A stretch of DNA of 62,127 nucleotides, filler included. It is 6 parts of 6 records of this genome, joined end to end, with 100 filler letters (N's around TTAATTAATTAA, not from the genome) between each part and the next. Parts side by side here need not be neighbours in the genome. Positions count along the whole stretch, not along the records: positions 8,103 to 25,992 come from SRR31156797_19018; positions 26,093 to 39,569 come from SRR31156797_19037; 4 more parts are not named here. One strand, written 5' to 3'. Shown piece by piece: positions 18,953 through 27,648 of this stretch. Below the pieces are notes generated by a model that saw only the letters and a list, made by a program, of their open reading frames with translations, ran no database searches and was not told the origin of the DNA. The translations under genes and the position numbers were made by a program. Position 1 is the first letter of the stretch; every line of letters begins with the position of its first letter.

Positions 18953-19984
18953 TTTCTTTACGTGTTCTAGTTCGTTAAATTTGGTATTGTTTTTAATGAA
19001 AAACTGACCTACAATTGATTTCGGATATATTTCGGGGTGATTGTTAATTTTCTCATATTTGAGGTTTGTACGCCTCTTTTTATACATTTTAAAAAAGTAT
19101 TTATAGAAACTTAAGTGGGCTTTTAAAACGGACCAGAAATTAACAATTTCTCCTGAAAAAATAAACTTTATTGCTGCAACACCATCCAGTAACATGCGCT
19201 GAGTAAGCTTAATCCAAAGTTTGTGTTTGGCAATGTTTTTCGTCAGTAAAAATAAGTTGTTTCTAAAGTTTAAATAAACTTTTCTAGGATTCTTGTAGTC
19301 AAGTGTAGCACCTCCTAGATGATATACTTCACTATTATGAATATATTTTATTTTCCAGCCTCTGTTCTTTAATCTCCAACATAGATCTATTTCTTCCATA
19401 TGTGCAAAAAAATCTTCATCCAGCCCACCGCTTTCATAGTAAAGTTCACTTCGGATCATTAGGCTGGCACCACTTGCCCAGAATATAGATGCTGACTTAT
19501 CGTATTGACCGCAATCTTCTTCAATTTGGTTAAAGATCCTGCCTTTACAAAATGGAAAACCATATTTGTCAATGTATCCACCAGCAGCACCGGCATATTC
19601 AAAATGTGTAAGCTGACGATAACTTTTAATTTTAGGAACGCAAATGGCAGTGTCTTCATTGGATTCCATTTCTTTAATCAATGGAAGAAGCCAGTTAATT
19701 CCAGGAGCAACATCAGAATTTAATAAAATAAAATATTCTGCACTTACTTCTTTTAAAGCTCTATTGTATCCACCTGTAAATCCATAGTTTTTATCAAGCT
19801 GAATGATTCTAACACTCGGAAATTTAGTTTTGATAATATCAATAGAACCATCAGTTGATGCATTATCAGCAACAATGATGTCAACATTGGGTAAATCTGA
19901 GTTTTTAATTACTTCTGGAAGAAATTCCGGTAATAGTTTTTCTCCGTTCCAGTTTAATATAACAATGGCAACTTTGGTCATCAT
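18935..19984 (-). CDS. Glycosyltransferase family 2
   Basis: IVILNWNG, DNASTDGS, NYGFTGGYN, LLNSD, HMEEIDLCWR. Confidence 0.93.
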   Translation of the reverse strand: MMTKVAIVILNWNGEKLLPEFLPEVIKNSDLPNVDIIVADNASTDGSIDIIKTKFPSVRIIQLDKNYGFTGGYNRALKEVSAEYFILLNSDVAPGINWLLPLIKEMESNEDTAICVPKIKSYRQLTHFEYAGAAGGYIDKYGFPFCKGRIFNQIEEDCGQYDKSASIFWASGASLMIRSELYYESGGLDEDFFAHMEEIDLCWRLKNRGWKIKYIHNSEVYHLGGATLDYKNPRKVYLNFRNNLFLLTKNIAKHKLWIKLTQRMLLDGVAAIKFIFSGEIVNFWSVLKAHLSFYKYFFKMYKKRRTNLKYEKINNHPEIYPKSIVGQFFIKNNTKFNELEHVKKLQNLL

Positions 19985-20850
19985 TTTTTACTAATATCTT
20001 CAGGTTTGTGCTTCCATCTTTTGTGAGACCACAGCCAGTGTTCGGGCTTCTCTTTTATGATGTTTTCTAGGTGTTTGGTATGTATGTCAGTTATTTCATG
20101 TTCTTTAGTCTCCTTTGGGTGCTCAACCAAAGGCTCAACAATAAGTTTATAATAGCCCCTCTTTATCTTATCAAACCTAAAAAATACCACTGGACTGTTG
20201 GTTTTTATAGCCATTTTTTCAGCTCCTAAATGTAAAGGTGTTACTTGATTCAGGAAATTAGAGAAATACTGAATTCTTTTTCTTGTAGGAGATTGATCAG
20301 AAATCATACCGATAACAAATCTTTTGTTTTCCATTTTTAATTTATACATGGATCGATATGATGATTTCATAGAAAAGTTTAGCGTTCCCCATTTAGATCT
20401 TAGATTAAGCATGTATTGGTTGTAGGCCTTGTTTCTTAATGGTTGATAAACTTCGCAACCTTGTGCTTTAATAAAAAGATTAATGGAAGGAATCCACTCC
20501 CAGTTACCAAAATGACCTAAAACAGCTATTACATCTCTGCCTTCGTCGTAATATCTATTTAGCAAATCGGCATTTTCGATAACGACTCTTTTGCGCATTT
20601 CTTTTTCTGTCATGCTTTGTAGTTTGAATGTTTCAAAAAACAAATCGCATAAGTGATGAAAAAACTTTTTTGCTATATCATTTATCTCTTCATTGGATTT
20701 TTCGGGAAAAGCATTTCTTAGGTTAGTAAGAACGACTTTCTTTCTATAGCCGGATATACGAATGAAATAATAGAATATATCAGATAAAAAATAGAGTAGC
20801 CAAAGTGGTAAATACCCTATGAGTTTTATAAAAAGAATGCCAAATTTCAC
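19981..20850 (-). CDS. Lipid A biosynthesis acyltransferase (HtrB/LpxL family)
   Basis: GHFGNWEW, DQSP, PEHWLWSHKRWK. Confidence 0.92.
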   Translation of the reverse strand: MKFGILFIKLIGYLPLWLLYFLSDIFYYFIRISGYRKKVVLTNLRNAFPEKSNEEINDIAKKFFHHLCDLFFETFKLQSMTEKEMRKRVVIENADLLNRYYDEGRDVIAVLGHFGNWEWIPSINLFIKAQGCEVYQPLRNKAYNQYMLNLRSKWGTLNFSMKSSYRSMYKLKMENKRFVIGMISDQSPTRKRIQYFSNFLNQVTPLHLGAEKMAIKTNSPVVFFRFDKIKRGYYKLIVEPLVEHPKETKEHEITDIHTKHLENIIKEKPEHWLWSHKRWKHKPEDISKK

Positions 20851-20865
20851 TCGTGTAAGTCTTAA

Positions 20866-21654
20866 TTAACTGTTCATTATTCGGTTAATGATGGTTTTGA
20901 ATTCATCAAAAATAAGGGCGTTTCCTGAAATTATTTCTTGTCCAAAAATATAGTTTTGACCGCCCGAATAATCACAATTTTGTCCCCCAGCTTGTTGTAC
21001 TAAAAACGCTCCGGCCGCTACATCGTATGGTTTTAGACCGTACTCGTAAAAACCATCAAATCGACCACAGGCAACATACGCTAAATCGGTGGCTGCAGAT
21101 CCTAACCGTCTAAGTCCGTGCGAATTTTTCATGAAATAATCTAAGGATTCCATGAAACCTTTCATTCTATCAAAATCAGAATAAGGAAACCCGGTAGCTA
21201 ATAAACTATCTGCAACCTTAGGAGCTGATGAAACTTTAATTTCTTCACCATTTAGATATGCTGGAGCTTCTTTCCAGCTATAAAAACATTCATCTAAACC
21301 TAATTCATATACTACACCTAAAACAATCTCTTCTCCTTCGGTAAGAGCAATGCTAATGGCATGAGGAAATAAACCGTGAATAAAATTGGTTGTGCCATCG
21401 ATTGGATCTATAATCCAGTTATATCTTTCTCCTTTTTTATCAGATGTGCCTTCTTCTGCAATAAAACCGGCTTCTGGAAGTAATTCAGATAATTTAGAAA
21501 CCAGTTGTTGTTCTGATCCTTTATCAATATGAGTTACAAAATCATTTTTACCTTTAACTTCAATTTGTTTGCTTTTTGAAGCTTCATCTTTTATGTACTG
21601 ACCAGTGTTTCTTGCCAGTTCAATTACCGAATGACATAATTTTTCTAGATCCAT
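20866..21654 (-). CDS. suhB: Inositol monophosphatase family protein
   Basis: WIIDPIDGTTNF, RRLGSAA, DVAAG. Confidence 0.92.
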   Translation of the reverse strand: MDLEKLCHSVIELARNTGQYIKDEASKSKQIEVKGKNDFVTHIDKGSEQQLVSKLSELLPEAGFIAEEGTSDKKGERYNWIIDPIDGTTNFIHGLFPHAISIALTEGEEIVLGVVYELGLDECFYSWKEAPAYLNGEEIKVSSAPKVADSLLATGFPYSDFDRMKGFMESLDYFMKNSHGLRRLGSAATDLAYVACGRFDGFYEYGLKPYDVAAGAFLVQQAGGQNCDYSGGQNYIFGQEIISGNALIFDEFKTIINRIMNS

Positions 21655-21683
21655 TATCAAAAGTTTAACGCAAAACTAAAAAA

Positions 21684-23003
21684 TCAATCTGTTAATTCTG
21701 CATGAAAAAGCATTTCATCTTCAATAAATGATGTCAGTTTAACTTTTTTGATTTTGTTTTTAAGATTTGCATCATATGGGACTACCACTTTTAGGTAGTT
21801 TTCTGTAAATCCATTCATCATTCCATCACTTTCGCTGCCTTCAAATAGAACAGTGTTTAGTGAGCCTTCAAATTTTTTGTAAAAATGACGGGTTTTCTTA
21901 TCGGAGACCTGATGTAATATCTGACTTCTTATTTTTCTTTCAGATACAGGAACAACATGGTCTATAGTAAGAGCCTTTGTGTTTGGCCGTTCTGAATAAG
22001 TAAAAACATGCAATTGTGAAATGTCCAGTCCGTGAATAAACTCCAATGCTTCATCAAAATGAACCTGTGTTTCTCCTCTCACTCCAACAATAACATCTAC
22101 GCCAATAAAGGCATGAGGTATCAAGGCTTTTATCTTTTCTACTCTTTTAGCAAAAAGTTCACGATTGTATTTTCTTTTCATCAAAGCCAATACCTTATTA
22201 GAACCTGATTGCAAAGGAATATGAAAGTGAGGCATAAATTTATTGGATTGTGCTACAAATTCAATTATTTCATCAGACAATAAATTAGGTTCAATGCTCG
22301 AAATGCGAAAGCGCTCAATACCAATAACTTTATCCAGCTCTTGGACTAATTGAAAAAAGTTTTCATTAGTGCTTTTCCCAAAATCACCAATATTTACACC
22401 TGTTAGAATTATTTCGACAGCACCTTCCGAAGCTGCTTTTTGAGCCAGCTTTACTGTTGTTTTAATATCTGCATTCCGACTTTTACCTCTTGCTAATGGA
22501 ATAGTACAATATGAGCAGAAATAATCACAACCATCCTGTACTTTTAAAAAGGTTCGGGTTCTGTCGCCCATTGAGTAGGAAGGAAAGAATTCTTTGTTGG
22601 TCATTATTTTGCCAGCGTGAATTTCTCCGGATGCCTTCTTTTGTAAATCTCCCAAATAGTCAGCCATTCTGAACTTTTCATTTGAGCCCAATACAAGATC
22701 AACTCCTTCCATTTCAGAAATGGTTTGTGGCTTTAATTGTGCAAAACAACCTGTGACTACAACAAAGGCATTTTCGTTCTGCTTGATGGCTTTTTTGATG
22801 GCCTGACGACATTTTTTATCTGCAATTTCAGTTACAGAACAGGTGTTGATTACATATACATCTGCAAATTCATCATACTTAACTCTGGTAAAACCTTCCT
22901 CAATAAGCGATCGTGCTACAGTGGATGTTTCACTAAAATTCAATTTACACCCCAAAGTGTGAAATGCTACCTTCTTCTCTAAAAATAACGACTTATCAAT
23001 CAT
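21684..23003 (-). CDS. mtaB: tRNA t6A37 methylthiotransferase
   Basis: TLGCKLNFSE, NTCSVT, QDGCDYFCSYC radical-SAM motif, TENY. Confidence 0.95.
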   Translation of the reverse strand: MIDKSLFLEKKVAFHTLGCKLNFSETSTVARSLIEEGFTRVKYDEFADVYVINTCSVTEIADKKCRQAIKKAIKQNENAFVVVTGCFAQLKPQTISEMEGVDLVLGSNEKFRMADYLGDLQKKASGEIHAGKIMTNKEFFPSYSMGDRTRTFLKVQDGCDYFCSYCTIPLARGKSRNADIKTTVKLAQKAASEGAVEIILTGVNIGDFGKSTNENFFQLVQELDKVIGIERFRISSIEPNLLSDEIIEFVAQSNKFMPHFHIPLQSGSNKVLALMKRKYNRELFAKRVEKIKALIPHAFIGVDVIVGVRGETQVHFDEALEFIHGLDISQLHVFTYSERPNTKALTIDHVVPVSERKIRSQILHQVSDKKTRHFYKKFEGSLNTVLFEGSESDGMMNGFTENYLKVVVPYDANLKNKIKKVKLTSFIEDEMLFHAELTD

Positions 23004-23155
23004 TTTAACGCTCTCTTATTATGACACATCTGGGCAATGTTGTTTTTAAAAGCGCACAAAGATAGTGAAAAGTAATGAATTAAGTAGTTGGCAAATAAGG
23101 ATAAAAAAAGAGCCGGTTTTGTGCCGACTCTTAAATTAAATTATTCTATGGATTT

Positions 23156-24478
23156 CTATAATAAATCGCTTGCTAGTTCTGCTAAATAACTTCTTTCTCC
23201 TTTAACCAGATTTACATGAGCAAAGATATCCTGACCTTTCATCTTGTCAGTTAAATAAGCCAGTCCGTTTGAAGTTTTATCCAAATAAGGAGAATCAATT
23301 TGCTCTATGTCTCCTGTGAATATCATTTTTGTACCTGCTCCTGCTCGTGTAATAATAGTTTTTACTTCGTGTGGAGTAAGGTTTTGTGCTTCATCCACAA
23401 TGAAATAGACATCTGATAAACTACGCCCTCTGATATATGCTAAAGGTGTAATCATTAACTGGTCATCACGTTGCATTTCTTCAATTAGGATGTTTTCACG
23501 ACTTTTTAGGCCGTGACTATTTTTAATTACTCCCAGATTATCGAATAGAGGTTGCATGTAAGGTCCAATTTTGTCATTTACATCACCAGGTAAAAAACCT
23601 AAATCTCTATTGGCTAAAGGTACGATAGGTCTGGCCAAAAGGATTTGTTTAAAGCTTTTGTGCTGTTGAAGAGCTGCAGCTAATGCTAATAAGGTTTTTC
23701 CTGTACCGGCTTTCCCTGTTAAAGAAACTAACTTTATATCAGGATTTGTTAAAGCGCTTAATGAAAAAGTTTGCTCTGCATTTCGAGGTTCAATGCCGAA
23801 AGAGCTATGTTTTTCAACTCTTTTAATAAGGTTTGAGAACGGATCGTATGTTGCCAGTACACTTTTGTTTTCGTTACGTAAAACAAAAAACTGATTGGCC
23901 GGTAAATCTTTTAAAGGAAATTCATCTTTGGAAATACCTTCGGAATTATATAAATCTTCAATAGACTTTGCATCAAAATTTTCATGAATCTGAACACCTT
24001 TGTCCAAGACATCAATATCTTTAACTTTATCTGTTGTATAATCTTCGCTATACAACCCTAAAGACTTAGCTTTCATTCTAAGATTGATATCCTTAGTAAC
24101 AAGCGTAACAGTTCTGGTTTTAAACTCCTCTTTTACATGAAGGGCAATTGCCAGAATTCGGTGATCGGCAGATTTTTCAAAAAATGAATCCTGCATGGTT
24201 TGTGTAAAGGGTTTTCCGGTTGCAATAAATAACTTCCCTTGTTTGGAACCAAGCGGAATACCTTCTTTAAAAAGCTTTTCTCCGGCAACCTGATTTAAAT
24301 CCCTTACAAATTCTCTGGCCTGATAATTTATTTGGTCGTTTCCCTTTTTAAATTTGTCCACTTCTTCTAAAACAACAATAGGAATGATTACATCGTTGTT
24401 TTCAAAGTTGTAAATACATTTATGGTCATGTAGAACTACGTTTGTATCCAGAATAAAGATTTTCCGTTTTTTGGGCAT
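23156..24478 (-). CDS. PIN-PhoH family protein (PhoH2/YlaK-like)
   Basis: LDTNVVLHD PIN domain; GKAGTGKT, GFLPG, RGRS, DEAQN. Confidence 0.93.
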   Translation of the reverse strand: MPKKRKIFILDTNVVLHDHKCIYNFENNDVIIPIVVLEEVDKFKKGNDQINYQAREFVRDLNQVAGEKLFKEGIPLGSKQGKLFIATGKPFTQTMQDSFFEKSADHRILAIALHVKEEFKTRTVTLVTKDINLRMKAKSLGLYSEDYTTDKVKDIDVLDKGVQIHENFDAKSIEDLYNSEGISKDEFPLKDLPANQFFVLRNENKSVLATYDPFSNLIKRVEKHSSFGIEPRNAEQTFSLSALTNPDIKLVSLTGKAGTGKTLLALAAALQQHKSFKQILLARPIVPLANRDLGFLPGDVNDKIGPYMQPLFDNLGVIKNSHGLKSRENILIEEMQRDDQLMITPLAYIRGRSLSDVYFIVDEAQNLTPHEVKTIITRAGAGTKMIFTGDIEQIDSPYLDKTSNGLAYLTDKMKGQDIFAHVNLVKGERSYLAELASDLL

Positions 24479-24577
24479 ATGCAGAGGTTTTTATGATTTG
24501 TACATCTTTAAATATATTTATTTTTCTAGGAAATATATGGTGTTATTAGATTAATATTGCAAAAATTAAATTTGCTT

Positions 24578-25861
24578 ATGTCGGCATATCAAAAGGTGTT
24601 GGATTTTCTGTTTTCGCAATTGCCAATGTATCAGCGAACAGGCAAAGTTGCATATAAAGCCAACTTAAATAATACATTAAAATTGGATGAATATTTTCAT
24701 CATCCGCATCAGTCCTATAAAACTATTCATGTTGCAGGAACAAATGGGAAAGGTTCTGTTTCGCATTGTTTGGCATCTATTTTACAAGAAGCAGGATTAA
24801 GAGTTGGTTTATATACCTCTCCACATCTGAAGGACTTTAGAGAGCGCATCAAAATAAACGGAAGTACGATTGAGGAATCGGAAGTGATAGATTTTGTGGA
24901 GCAACATAAAGCTATTATTGAAGAGGTAAAACCGTCTTTCTTTGAGATGACTGTAGCTATGGCTTTTGATCATTTTAAACGAAAAAAAGTTGATATAGCA
25001 GTAATTGAAGTTGGATTGGGAGGGAGGTTGGATTCAACAAATATTATTAAACCAATTTGTTCAGTAATCACTAATATAGGATTAGATCATGTTGCTTTGT
25101 TAGGAGATTCAGTTGCAAAAATAGCGGTGGAAAAAGCCGGAATTATAAAGGGAAATATTCCTGTTGTTATCGGAGAAACGAGTGTTGTAACAAAGCCTGT
25201 TTTTATAGAGAAAAGCAAAGAGGTGGGAACTGATATTTATTTCGCAGACGAAGAATATGATATACCAGTAGCAATGAATAGTGTGAGAAATACTCAGATT
25301 TTGCAGGTGTATCGAAATAATTCAGTTGAGTATGAAGATTTGGAGTTAGATTTATTGGGACATTACCAGAAAAAAAATATTAAGACTGTATTTAAAACAA
25401 TTGAAGTTTTAGAATTAGACATTTCTGAAAAACAAATTAGAAATGGATTCTCCAAGGTTGTTAAAAATACGAGTCTGTTAGGGCGTTGGCAGATTTTAGG
25501 AGCTAATCCTGCTGTGATATGTGATACCGGACATAATGAGGAGGGGGTTCGTGAGATAATGCAGCAACTTAAACAAACGGCATACAAACAACTAAATATA
25601 ATTTGGGGAATGGTAAACGATAAAGATATTTCAAAAGTATTGGCTCTTTTACCAAAGCATGCAAAGTTTTATTGGGTAAAACCAAATATTCCAAGAGGAA
25701 TGGAGGCTGAAGTGCTACAAAATGAGGCCAAATTATGTGGATTAGTAGGAGAATGTTTTAATTCGGTACAAGAAGCTTTAAAAAATGCAAAAAAAAGTTC
25801 GTGTTCTAATGATTTGATATTCATTGGAGGAAGCACCTTTGTTGTTGCTGAGGTTGTCTGA
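24578..25861 (+). CDS. folC: Dihydrofolate synthase/folylpolyglutamate synthase
   Basis: HVAGTNGKGS, YTSPHL, EVGLGGRLDSTN, GRWQ, DTGHN. Confidence 0.96.
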   Translation: MSAYQKVLDFLFSQLPMYQRTGKVAYKANLNNTLKLDEYFHHPHQSYKTIHVAGTNGKGSVSHCLASILQEAGLRVGLYTSPHLKDFRERIKINGSTIEESEVIDFVEQHKAIIEEVKPSFFEMTVAMAFDHFKRKKVDIAVIEVGLGGRLDSTNIIKPICSVITNIGLDHVALLGDSVAKIAVEKAGIIKGNIPVVIGETSVVTKPVFIEKSKEVGTDIYFADEEYDIPVAMNSVRNTQILQVYRNNSVEYEDLELDLLGHYQKKNIKTVFKTIEVLELDISEKQIRNGFSKVVKNTSLLGRWQILGANPAVICDTGHNEEGVREIMQQLKQTAYKQLNIIWGMVNDKDISKVLALLPKHAKFYWVKPNIPRGMEAEVLQNEAKLCGLVGECFNSVQEALKNAKKSSCSNDLIFIGGSTFVVAEVV

Positions 25862-25966
25862 AAAGTGAAAAAAGTTTTGCAGATAAAAAAAAGACTCCTA
25901 TATTTGCATCGCTTTTGAAAACAGGGGCACACAATTACAAAGGTAATTAAGTCAATGTTTAAAAAA

Positions 25967-25992
25967 GGGCGATTAGCTCAGTTGGTTCAGAG
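25967..25992 (+). tRNA. tRNA 5' fragment (probably tRNA-Val; anticodon not in contig)
   Basis: GGGCGATTAGCTCAGTTGGTTCAGAG gives the acceptor 5' strand and D-arm. Bacteroidota-type TAnnTTTG promoter element near 25901. Confidence 0.8.
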
Positions 25993-26092
25993 NNNNNNNN
26001 NNNNNNNNNNNNNNNNNNNNNNNNNNNNNNNNNNNNTTAATTAATTAANNNNNNNNNNNNNNNNNNNNNNNNNNNNNNNNNNNNNNNNNNNN
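25993..26092. other. Artificial contig spacer
   Basis: N44-TTAATTAATTAA-N44. Confidence 0.99.
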
Positions 26093-26217
26093 ATTTGTAT
26101 AAGCAATAGCGGCAAAAGTGCTAAATTTAAAGGTCTGCACACCGCTCAAACTTTATCAAAATTTGATGGTTTGTAGCATGCAAACCGCTACTGCTCATAC
26201 AAGTAGCCGTTAGTTTG
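26093..26217 (+). mobile_element. attC-like recombination site (5' end cut by contig edge)
   Basis: Imperfect palindrome TTGTATAAGCAATAGCGG...CCGCTACTGCTCATACAA with an inner hairpin, ending in core G^TTAGTTTG (26209-26217). Confidence 0.7.
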
Positions 26218-26250
26218 AATTAGAAAAAAACCGCAGATAGAAATATTATA

Positions 26251-26880
26251 ATGGATTTACTATTAAAGACTAAGAAAGAATTAGAACGAAATAATTTTGA
26301 GGTATACATCTCTGAATCATCAAAGGCTGCCTACAAAACCTTTGTTGAAAAGATATTGCCGACATTAACAGTAAAAAGTATCTCATATGGTGATTCTAAA
26401 ACTATGCTTGGAACAGGAGTAATTGATTACATAAGAAATAGCGGATTATATAAATTTATAGACACATTTAATCCAGAGAATAGCTGGCGAGAGCAAATTA
26501 TACAAAGAAAAAAAGCATTAACAGTAGACTTGTTTTTAACTGGCAGTAATGCAATAACAGAAACGGGAATCTTGGTAAATCTTGACATGATTGGGAATAG
26601 AATAGCTGCACTAACTTTTGGCCCAAGAAATGTTGTGTTATTTGTCGGAAAAAATAAGATTGTCAAGGATTTAGATTCTGCATTCAAAAGAGTAAAGGAG
26701 ATTGCTGCAATTAAAAATTCCCAAAGTCATAATAATTTAAAATTACCTTGCCAAGTTACTGGTAAATGTTCTGATTGTAGCAGTCCACAAAGAATTTGTA
26801 ACACATGGACGATTACGGAAAAATCATATCCTAAAAATCGGATTAAAATTATTTTAATTAATGAAAGCCTTGGATATTAA
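26251..26880 (+). CDS. LUD-domain (LutC/YkgG-like) protein, apparently a gene cassette
   Basis: LTGSNAIT.TG.LVNLD..GNR, GKNKIV, Cys cluster PCQVTGKCSDCSSPQRICN. Confidence 0.88.
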   Translation: MDLLLKTKKELERNNFEVYISESSKAAYKTFVEKILPTLTVKSISYGDSKTMLGTGVIDYIRNSGLYKFIDTFNPENSWREQIIQRKKALTVDLFLTGSNAITETGILVNLDMIGNRIAALTFGPRNVVLFVGKNKIVKDLDSAFKRVKEIAAIKNSQSHNNLKLPCQVTGKCSDCSSPQRICNTWTITEKSYPKNRIKIILINESLGY

Positions 26881-26896
26881 GCAATAACGCAAACTA

Positions 26897-26980
26897 ATCG
26901 AATAGGCTACCGATAGACTATTAGTCTACCGGAGAACCTCTGACACTACCGTACGTACGGCTATCGTATACGGCGGTTCT
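26897..26980 (-). mobile_element. Group II intron (class C-like) 3' remnant: domains V and VI
   Basis: Minus strand GAACCGCCGTATACG-ATAGC-CGTACGTACGGTAGTGTCAGAGG (DV, CGC triad), then a DVI hairpin ending CCTATTCGAT. No RT ORF or GTGCG 5' end nearby. Confidence 0.88.
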
Positions 26981-27648
26981 TTACATTAAGAGGGAACAAG
27001 GAAGTACCTTTGCCAACCTGATGCTATTCAGGAATTTCATTGTAGATTTGTTTTATGGGTGTATTTTATCTCTGGAAAATAGACTTCTTTTTCCCAGGTT
27101 ATAGAAGTCAATATACCCTGCAATGTTTTTTGTGAATACTTGGCATTGTATTGTAACAAATCGATTTTAGTCGAGGATATTGGCTTACTCCTGAATTGCT
27201 CTTTTATATAGCTTTCTGAGCTCCCATCTATTTTAACCAACGTCTTAATATTTACTAACTAAATACATAGATGAGAGGCTAGTTCATCCAGCCTTAAAAG
27301 CTTCAATCTCTAAAGTACATTAGACAAATCGACCAGAAAATACTTTCTTTAACCTAGAAGTAGTTATATTTTTTAGTACCCTCCATTATATAAACATCTT
27401 AAACATATGTACAAATACAAATATGCATGCTAAAAGAATGCTTTGTGCAGACATTGATATGTCTCAAATTAGTCATTTATAACTTTTTTTGAGCACTTTT
27501 AATATTAGATACATAAGTGCAATTAAAATACACATACGATCATATTTTTGCTTCTATAATTCTTCATATTGCAGGTATCAATCACCTCACCCCCTTTGAT
27601 ATGTTGTATAAAAATCTAATCTATTATTTTAATTAATACCTGTAGTTT

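Noticed and set aside
27037-27240. 67-aa ORF as the intron RT remnant
   Set aside because: No YADD or maturase-like motif; origin unresolved, so left uncalled.
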